Positions 53,751 to 64,000 of a stretch of DNA of 64,000 nucleotides are shown piece after piece. The position numbers were made by a program, and so were the translations under genes. The stretch comes from Chrysomallon squamiferum (Eukaryota; Animalia; Mollusca): NCBI GenBank assembly GCA_012295275.1, contig CM022665.1:12338001-12402000 (forward strand). Direction: 5' to 3'. The notes under the pieces are model-generated. The model had not been told where the DNA came from. It did no database searches and saw nothing but the letters and a program-made list of their open reading frames with translations. Each line of letters opens with the position of its first letter. Position 1 is the stretch's first letter.

Positions 53751-54088
53751 GTATGTGTGTGTATTATATATGTGTGTATGTGTATGTGCATATATGTGTG
53801 TATGTAAATATACGAGTGTATACGTGTGTGCGATATGCGATCGAAGTATTCCATTTGTGTTTATTTATTTATTTATTATCTGCATGCAGCTTACGTTTCC
53901 TTGTAACGGTAAGTACATCCCTTAGAGGCAATACGAAAAGATTACGGCGACATGTGGCTAATATAAAGATATTTTATTAATAGCACTAAGCATCAGCACA
54001 AGACACACACAGCAGATTACGTTTTTAACATATGGCAGTTCTGTTATTTCGGATACACAGCGTTGTCGATGTTTTTCTTATTTAATGC

Positions 54089-54345
54089 AGCGAGCTTTAA
54101 CTCGGTGATTAAAGCTTCATGCTGGAACATGCTGGGTCAGTCCTCTGTAGGAGCGACGGAGTAATATCCTGTTCCAGCCAGGTCTCGGCTGGTTTATCAA
54201 AAAAAACGGAGTGTAGTGTAGTGTCTGTTTTATGTCTGAGAAGTTGTATGTGAAAGATCTCTTGTTGTTAATGGATAAAAACAGCACATGAGAGTGGGTT
54301 TCTTTATTGATGGCAATAATAATAATAATAATAATAATAATATAA
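54089..54345 (+). mobile_element. Degraded tRNA-derived Meta-SINE-like element
   Basis: A-box-like head, then ttccagccag..ctggtttatcaaa..aaagatctcttgttgttaatgga..agcacatg resembling the recalled Meta-domain core; (AAT)n tail. Confidence 0.55.
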
Positions 54346-54412
54346 TATTAGTAAAAAGAACAAGAAGAAGAAGAAGCAAGAAAGAAAGAAAAGAATAATT
54401 AAAATAAAGATG

Positions 54413-54505
<93 letters not shown>

Positions 54506-55228
54506 TAAACAATAAATAAATAAATAAAGCAGGGGATCCCTTACGTCCCTGACAGTAAATTCTGAGGAATAACATTTGTTCATTTCATTCATTAATGAAC
54601 GATTTCTATTATAAATCAGTATATATACAGTGGACGAGAATGACACGTCTGCTAACGACGCACTTGGGAAATATTAACTTCTTTAGTGACCACAGTTCGC
54701 AATGTTTTCCTCGAGAAAAAAATAAATAAATTTCTCTTTCCCCAGACAGATTAACTCATTTGCATTTTGATCGATGGCGATAAAGTATAAACGATAAGTA
54801 ACACTTTAACTGTTTGCCCTAGAAATTAAGAAAGCACGTTTATGATGTCATTTGGTCTCTAGTCACGTTTTGTTTATTTGAGCGATACAGTCAAGTCACC
54901 AGTGACCAAACTGCAAAAAAGACATCTTTTCTAAAACAAAAAAAACAAAAAAAAAAAGGAAGAAAAAAACAATAAAAAAAAATCTACCAAAAAAACAAGA
55001 TGTTATTTTTTATTTTTTATTTTTATTATTTTTTATTTTTTTATTTTTTTTTTTTAACTTAAAAATGAATCTCTTGTCGTACGAGTAAATATTCTGATAA
55101 AATTCTTTATACTTCCAAGTTGTTATTTCATTGTTTCGAGCGACCTACCGTCTTTCATAATAGACTACTACAATAAAATAATAAGGCACTGAAAACATCT
55201 GAATGCCGCTGTTTTATCCTTTCACAAT

Positions 55229-55244
55229 TGACGTCGTGACGTCA
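55229..55244. promoter_or_regulatory. Tandem CRE-like sites (TGACGTCG-TGACGTCA) in GPCR intron
   Basis: One perfect and one 7/8 CRE palindrome abutting. Confidence 0.35.
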
Positions 55245-56334
55245 TCGCGTACATACTGGACTGATCGCTGTATTTTGATTTCTGATAATACTCGACGAAC
55301 TTTAAAGCAGCTTGGTTTGCAGTCTACTGGATAACTATCGAGATATTTTTAAATTATACTTTTCTGTATGCTTCGCTATTAATTAAACAAGTTACACATA
55401 AGTATGCAGTATTTATTTAAACTATCTCTTTGAGTCACCAAAGATACACTAGAAGATCTGGGATAACGATTTTCCCTATAGCAAAGGAAATCTTTTTTTC
55501 TTTATTTCTTGCTTTCTTTCTTTCTTTTTTAAATCTAAAATCTGGCTTGTTATTAAAATTATCATTTTTAAATAAGGACGATATTAATGTCTGGGGAAAA
55601 AAAGAGCGTCTGATTGATTAGTACAGAGTCTTGTTTGCATAACTTGATTGGCTTCTTAGCAAAACCCCAAAAGAACTAAAAGAGAATGTAAAGCCAATAC
55701 TTCGACTGTTCATAGCCTGTGATGTTCCATAGAACAAATATCACAATCATCACAACTTATAAAAAAATGTAAGCTATTTAAAACTGAATTTCAAGTGTTT
55801 GCTGTTCCATGGTGTATCTGATAATAAAAAAGAGCAATACTGCTTTACAAATTAGAAGAGCTTTTAATCATTTATACTTTTTTCGCTATCATAAATATGA
55901 AACAAAATTTTGAATGAAGCATTTGATGAAAATTGTTTCCATTGCCAATAAGAAATATTCTTGTGCCAGATTTAGTTTAAATGTCTGCTAATTTGTCAGC
56001 TGACATCTGCTAATCTGGGTCTGTATATATTTTACGCAACTCTGATTTCTTGTTTGAAAGATCGGGGAGAAACCTCTGATCGTCCTGTTCTAGGTGGAAG
56101 CTGTGTTGAGGATCAATGTGGTTACAGTGTAAAGCTGGTAAAGATCATTGATCTCGACCTGCAGACAGATTAGAATTTGTTCAAGTACTTCACGACTGGC
56201 TAACCAAACACTGTGTCGTGATTTATTTTCCCTGAAGCAGTGTCCTCGCTGAACACACAGAAAAGAAGAAAACTTTTTGAGTGAATAGCGTTTCTTTTCA
56301 TCCCAAGATTTTTAACTCTTCATGACTACTTTCT

Positions 56335-57045
56335 TTGTTCTTCGTGTTTCTTTTTACAGCAAGACAAATGTATCTTTCACTCAGCATGGCCTGGAGGGGT
56401 TTGGGGTTTTTTTTGTGTATGTTTCGTTTCACAGTAAGACAAATGTATCTTTCACTCACCATGATTAGTTTCTCTGTTCTTCTTGTTTCTTTTCACAGCA
56501 AGACAGATATATCTTTCATTCATTATCACAGCAAGACAGATATATCTTTCATTCATTATAACTTGTTCATTTGTTCTTCTTGTTTCTTTTCACAGCAAGA
56601 CAGATATATCTTTCATTCATTATAACTTGTTCATTTCTTGTTGTTTCTTTTCACAGCAAGACAAATGTATCTTTCACTTAATATGATTTGGACTTTTGTT
56701 CTTCTTGTTTCTTTTCACAACAAGACAGATATATCTTTCACTTAATATGATTTGGACTTTTGTTCTTGTTTCTTTTCACAACAACACTGATGTATGTTTC
56801 ACTCATTATTGCTTGTTTCTTTCTTCTTGTGTTTCTTTTCAAAGCAAAACTGATATATCCTTCATTCAGCATGACTTTGAGTTTTGTCTTTTATGTTTCT
56901 TTTCACAGCAAGACAGATGTATCTTTCACTCAAGGTGACCAGGTTATTTTTTCTTTGTGTTTCTTTTTACTGCACTAAAGATGTATATATCATACAAAAT
57001 ATATTTTTTTTAAATTTGTTTTCCCTGCAAGACAGATGTATTTAT
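56335..57045 (+). repeat. Degenerate ~60-65-bp minisatellite, about 12 copies
   Basis: Recurrent core ttcttgtttcttttcacagcaagacagatatatctttca. Confidence 0.9.
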
Positions 57046-60000
57046 GACACAAACACGACTTTAGTTCCTCTTTGATATGAGCAAGAATTTAATTAGAAGA
57101 ATTAACGGATATTATTATAGACAAAACAATTTCTCTCTCTTTTATTAGCAATATTCTTATTGTCTAGCTTTCATCTTTATTTTTATTTTATTTTCTATTA
57201 TTTTTTTTTATTTTTTTCATATAGCATCACTGTTTTTAGTTTTCATCATTTTGTTTTTCTTAAATATATTTTTTTTTTTTAAAAACACAAAAAGATCTGT
57301 CTTGTCTGTAATTATTGGTAACATCCTTCAATGTTATTGAAAATTTGTGCTGTAATGGGATTTTATTTTTAAGAATATTATGACTAATAAGGAATTGCAA
57401 TACATATTGTTTATCGGTTTGTTATTATATCCTAGCTATTACATTCAGGATGCAAAAAGTGAGAAATTTGCATGAAACATCAAACAGGGTCGGTAATTTT
57501 TTTTTTTATTAATATAAAATATTTTGGGGACATATGACATGATTGTTAAATTAGTGATGATTTTCTTTGCGTATGAGTATTGATTTCACCGCAGTAATAT
57601 AACAGACAAAACTAGATAATAATAAGAAGAATAAGAATTTCTATTCATGCACGTACATATTCTCTTAAGATTATTATTATGTCAGCATTAATAACAGAAA
57701 CAGCTTTATCATTATTACTATATCATTTTTAACGCAGTAACATAATTATATATACATGCATGTATACGTGCAAGAATAAAAAGCATAAAAGTACTTTTTT
57801 ATTAAACTACAGAACAAAACAGCTGACATCAAAGTCTTGTTAGAATTTAGTAATTACAATTAATGCGCTTTGACCTTAAGAAATCATATGAAATAGAAAT
57901 AGTGCAGGTACCATTATGATTCAAATGAGGTTCTGAAATCTGACTGCATGTAGGAATATTTCTCATATCTTACATTAAATGAACTTCATATGTGCAAGAT
58001 ACGAATATCAGCTTGATTTTCGAATAAAACTGTTTTAAAAGATAAGAGGGGAGAAATAAACTGTAAAGCAGTCACATCAAACAATAAAATTTCTGCAGCC
58101 TCATCAAATGCGATGTTTTCACAAGAATATGAATTATTTTATTTGCAGTGCTGTGACACAATGTTACATACCATTTTGTTTTGTTTGTTGCTGTTGTAGT
58201 TGTGGTTTTTATCGTTATTGTTGTTTTCTTTTAAATTCAGGCAGAACATACGTTTTTACAAATTTACTGTGGCATCAACCAATATTCATAAAGCTACACT
58301 CTTAACTCATAATATTCGAGGAGAGGAAACATGCATATATGTGTGTATGTATGTGTGTATATGTGTCTGTGTCTGTGTCTCTGTGTGTGTGTGGGTATGG
58401 GTGGGTGTACGTACGTATGTGTTAATTAAACTTTTAAATGAAGGCAGCCTGAATATCATGGCGAATGGTTTTTTTTTTTTTTTTTTGTACTAGCTTGCAT
58501 TTTTTTCCAAAATAATTATCAAGGGAGTTCGGGCATAGGGTGCTCTGTCTGGATTTGCGTACACTTTCGTAAATCATGCCGCCGTTTTTGACAGCAGTGT
58601 AATCTAAATACGATCTACGGTCAATTTGTCGCAGCAGAAAATTTCTTTTCTTTCACATTAACCGTTGAATTTACTTGTGAAATAGCCGAAATGTCGTGTT
58701 TCGACTAGTCATCAAAACTTGTTCAGTGAATTGCTGACCTTTTCAGTAGTTGCATTTTTATTACGAGGGACTGGCTTCCAGCACGACTGATTATTTGAAA
58801 CCTGCAGCGATTACAAATGCTTTAATTAATAAGCGTCTGAGTTCTCCCAGCACTGAATAGAGCAACACGGTGCTCTCCGGGTCCTTCGCGAGCTCTGAAC
58901 CAATGTAATTTCTAACGACTGAGCTTTAGGATACGTAACTAAATTAATTTGTCTTGTTCTGCATCAATGAGAGGCTTTCTTTCATTGAAAAACTTTATTT
59001 TGAAATGACAGATTTCTGATCTGATCGATGTTAATAACTTATATGGGTTAATGTGTTAGCTGGTTAGCGTCATTCACTGTATACTAAACGTCTGTATGGA
59101 ATGAAGCAAAATCAGAATTTAGTCCTAGAGACATATAAGTCCATTGGCGTAACCATGTAACTGATAAACGTCCACTTTTTCTAATCGCAACTGCTTATAC
59201 GAAAAAGCTTCGACGTTTATCAGACAGACTCGATTCCTTGCTTTCTCAGGGAACGTCACTCACTCACTTACTCACTCACTCACTCACTGGAGGTTATTAA
59301 GTACAATGTTTTCAGGTTTCAGATTTAATCAAGCTACGAGAAAAAAAAAAAAAAAAGACGCTTCAAAGAATAAAATCTACAGGCGATAACTCGCACATTC
59401 GATTATATTTATTTATTTATCTCTATTAGGGACTGTGATGATGTGTCCGGCAAAGATAACGTTCCCGCAACTGTCAGATGGCAATCCAGTCGAAAAGGTA
59501 CATTAAAACGATTCCAACAGATAGCTTTTCTATCAGTTTTTTCTATTCCTGCACACGATTTTTCCATTAAACGGCCAGTGGTCTTGTCATGGAAGATAAT
59601 TCTGAAAAAGAAAAAAAAAAACCTAATTTAATTCTGGCATCACTGATGATGGCAATTTCGTATTCCTTCAAACTTAAACCAATTTGGATCGGTTTTATTG
59701 GTGATGTGTTAATTTTCTCTTGAGTGAAATTGCAATTGCTCAATGTTTACTTACGAATGCGTTAACTAGAGTTTGTAAATAAAGCTAATCAGAATTTGAT
59801 ATGGTTTCGTACGCTGGGAAATGAGAAACATTTGAGAGCGGTTTGCGGTGAGGAGATAAATTTGATTACATAACTGAGATAAATGTAACTGTTTTACTTA
59901 GATTAATGGTACTGTGGAAGACTTGCCAAGATCACTGCAATCGTTTTGTAATACGTAATCTGTATCAGCACAGCCATGTTACTGAAATAAGAGCGATCGC

Positions 60001-62089
60001 TTTATTTAGAACTGTACATTACCTATAGAAATGCAATTACGTTTCAAACTTTGGTCTTACAATAAAGCCTTAACCTATAGAAATGCACCATTTTACCAAG
60101 ATAAATTCAATCATTTACGTAAACTGACACATATTAACAAGTCCTTGATAAATGCAGACAGAAACACACATAAAATATACAGACAGACAGGCACACGTGC
60201 AAATCAATGCTTTATGATACAGTCCAATACGATGTAATGTAATACAACACAGTACAATACAGTATAATATAATATAATGTACAATATAATATAATACAAC
60301 ATAATATAGAATACAGTACAACGTAATACACAACGTAACACACACAGTACCGTACAACAGAATACAATGCAATGCAGTGTAATACATAGCAGTTTATGTC
60401 TGACCTTCGAATTATAAATATACAACTAGAAAAAAAACCATACAAACATGAAATTACACCTCATTGTATTCCCAGAACACTTGTTAAACTTGACATGAAG
60501 CGTTTTGCAGATTGATATATTGTGCCATGAAAAAAAAAAAAGTTTAAAAAAATATCCCTACAGAAGACGTCTATTCTGAATTGTAAAATAGGTTCTAATT
60601 ATCACGGAGCTGCGGGAACCAGTAAGTATTTTTATACTGCAGTTCGTCAAGTGACGCCGTTTACGTGATACGAATCACGAAGTAATCTTCTTAACAATAA
60701 GTTCTTTTCTTTTCAAAATTCAGAACGTAGTTTCATATTCAGAGTTGTCTATAAGTAAGCACTGTAGTCAGAATTTGACCTATTTTTAAAAAAAACATTT
60801 CCTATTTAGAATACTCTATAAGTAGTTATTGTAGTTAGATTTAGAAGAATTTTAAAACATTAATTTTCCAAAATATCAGAGAAAAACGTTAAATGTAGCA
60901 GATACAAAAGTTATTTCAAAAACTGTACACTGTTATCAGAGCAGCAATTAAAGATTTGCATATATAGTGATAGAATTATTTTCTAAGTGACCATCATAAA
61001 CTAAAATAAAAGGTTTTTTCCTTCCCTTAAATGTAACCAACATTTTACGTTATTTTCAAAAGTCAGCTCATATATAGCGTTTTCTGTGTAACCGGACATC
61101 TCAGCAAAAAGTTGAAGATTTTCAAAACGTTAATTAATATAATCGTTTATTTCTGAAAACTGATCACAAGTTAAAAATTTATATCTGAAAGGTTAATTCC
61201 AGTGTAGCCATAACTCTGTGTTTGAACACTATACCCAGAATAACGTTAAATTTATCGTAAATTATTTACGCATTATAAATCCACATATTGTAATCATAAA
61301 GTTATCTTCAAATTCAGTGTCTGTGTTATCTTGTCTCTATAAATGGACGATAGATCCTAAGTTAATTTTGTCTTCATAACGTTTAAACATTCATGCACGT
61401 TATCATTATAATTATTACATACTTTGCTCACTAAATGTATTATTGATTCAAACAGGTTAAATGTGAGGTTTTATCGCACAGACTCACAGGGTAGACAAAA
61501 GTTATTTATAAAATGTAGTCTTATTTCTATATCTGGATATCACAGGCCAAAAATTCAATATCTATTTGTTAATTTGTCGATATGCCAATTGTTTTGACAT
61601 TATAAATTATACAAAAGCATTAATCATACACCAGATTGCTAAATGAATCCATATTTCTCTACACCGGTAATAATATTAATCAGGTTTCGTTCTGTCGGCA
61701 ATGTTACTGATCGTTAGAGTCGATAGTTTTCGTCAAACTTCAACAGATGAATTTTACGGAAAACTGGGCTTTTAGACCAGTGCGTTTTAGCGAATAAGGT
61801 CGGGAATAACAACCCCTGCCAGTCACTAATAAGCCATGTGTCCGGTCCTCTTGAGTATCTTGAACAATTCTGGAATTATATTATCCTTCAGAATGAGATC
61901 CTCAATCTGATATTTATTTCGAAAACAAGAATCTAAGGTTAATGATTTCGTTTTTTCGATTTTTACCTCGTCGATAAGGAAACTCGCACAGGAAATTCTA
62001 ATTTCCATTTCTTGTATTTGATGAGTAAGAATATTTCAATAAATAGTGTATGAGGTCATTAACCTTCCGTTGCTTTATATCTTTTTTCT

Positions 62090-62822
62090 GCTACTACTGC
62101 TACTACTACTACTAATACCAATACTACTGCTCCTATTACTACCTCTGTTGCTACTACTACTACTACTAATACAAATACTAATACCAATACTACTGCTCCT
62201 ATTACTACCTCTGTTGCTACTACTACTACTACTAATACAAATACTAATACCAATACTACTGCTCCTATTACTACCTCTGTTGCTACTACTACTACTACTA
62301 ATACAAATACTAATACCAATACTACTGCTCCTATTACTACCTCTGTTGCTACTACTACTACTACTAATACAAATACTAATACCAATACTACTGCTCCTAT
62401 TACTACCTCTGTTGCTACTACTATACTACTAATACAAATACTAATACTAATACTACTACTCCTATTACTACCTCTGTTGCTACTACTACTACTACTAATA
62501 CAAATACTAATACCAATACTAATACTACTACTCCTATTACTACCTCTGTTGTTGTTACTACTACTACTACTAATACAAATACTAATACCAATACTACTGC
62601 TCCTATTACTAACTACTATACTACTAATACAAATACTAATACTAATACTACTACTCCTATTACTACCTCTGTTGCTACTACTACTACTACTAATACAAAT
62701 ACTAATACCAATACTAATACTACTACTCCTATTACTACCTCTGTTGCTACTACTACTACTACTAATACAAATACTAATACCAATACTACTACTCCTATTA
62801 CTACCTCTGTTGCTACTACTAT
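62090..62822. repeat. 66/72-bp higher-order triplet-derived minisatellite (about 11 copies)
   Basis: Unit ctactactactactactaatacaaatactaataccaatactactgctcctattactacctctgttg. Confidence 0.92.
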
Positions 62823-62861
62823 TGCTATAACGGTAACCATTTTTATAACTGCTACAACTAT

Positions 62862-62915
<54 letters not shown>

Positions 62916-64000
62916 AATGCTCTACCCTGTTACAGAACATCGTAACCAGCAACATTAAATATTCATATAATTCAAAACATCGTCAGTTCCGTTAGGTTAC
63001 TTTGCTTTTGGAACCGATGCACCTAAAAGCAAATTACAACAAAAAAAAAAAAAAAAAAAAATCATTCTTAGCAATCATTTCACACAATATTGTTTACTCC
63101 GGCAATGTTTATTTATTTAATATATCCTCAAGGTATTCGTTTTTTTTTATATTATTCTTTTGTTCCACCACTTGAATCTCCGCGCTAATCAGCGGAAGCA
63201 TTAAATTTTTACGTCACGAGAGCGGAAGTTCATGAAAAATGTAGAAGTCTGATTTTCTTCCGAAGAGATGTATTACTGTCGACTCTAATCCGGACGGAAA
63301 GACGCGAATAAATGAGTACGTTATTGTTATGTTTTGTAAATTATCGGTTTTTATATATTATCGGTCTCCTGCTGATAACAAAAAACTTTCGGATTAATAT
63401 CAGATTGGATTTGATCCAAGAATAATGATAATAATAATAAGAAGAAGAAGAATAAGAAGAAGAAGAAGAAGAAGAAGAAAAAGTAAATTGTTTTACATGA
63501 ACCTAAAAGGTATATTCTAAAAAAGATAAAATATATGTATGATTTAAAACATATGATGTATGTATGAATTTAAATATGTATGTATGTATGTATATATGTA
63601 TGTATGTATGTATGTAATAAATTGTGATTACGTGTATGTCTATGGACGTATCAAGTACGTACGTGCCTATATATGTCTATTTGTATTGTTTTATATTTAA
63701 AGGAATTTAGGAAAAGCATTCGGCATACTAAACTAGAACGTAGCCTAACATTTATCAAACTGTCAGGATGCTAACATTTTAACAGGCAGAAAATATTTTC
63801 ATTTTATTTTTATTTGACCTTTATTCATATTTGGGACAAAGATGCTGTAGTCTTTATTACTGGAAATGCCTTTCCACTTATACACTAATTTTATCGACTA
63901 AAATTTTAGAACGTTCTTATTTTTAAACACTATGTGTTTCAAACTGTAAGTTTCAATGTTATAGCCAGACAAATATTTTGTATAAAAATGAAGGTATGCT

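Noticed and set aside
62059-62955. 298-aa minus-strand ORF
   Set aside because: Minisatellite translation that switches repeat frame midway; no domain evidence.

Overview
Eukaryotic, AT-rich, microsatellite-dense animal DNA, probably a mollusc or other lophotrochozoan (inferred from a Meta-SINE-like remnant and the gene types). Almost every ORF in the supplied track is a translated microsatellite. Two real genes are arranged head-to-head about 31 kb apart. (1) A complete 13-coding-exon, minus-strand gene (13693->5601; 1293 nt, 430 aa) encodes a PLP-dependent ACC-synthase-like (ACCS family) enzyme; I assembled it by hand and all introns are GT-AG with consistent phases. (2) The first coding exon (45160-45460, +) of a neuromedin-U/pyrokinin (PRXamide)-type class A GPCR is present, and its next exon appears to lie beyond the window. 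The most unusual non-coding features are: a 25-bp x14 minisatellite whose unit spans the exon 10/intron junction of the ACCS-like gene (7 intact and 7 dead tandem 5' splice sites); an acceptor-like minisatellite in the GPCR intron; two long inverted-repeat pairs; several small TIR elements (Tigger4/Zombi-like, Harbinger-like with TTA TSD, a 605-bp element with 7-bp TSD); a GC-rich 50-bp hairpin; and an orphan TATA-Inr pair. No prokaryotic systems, CRISPR arrays, rRNA or tRNA genes were seen.
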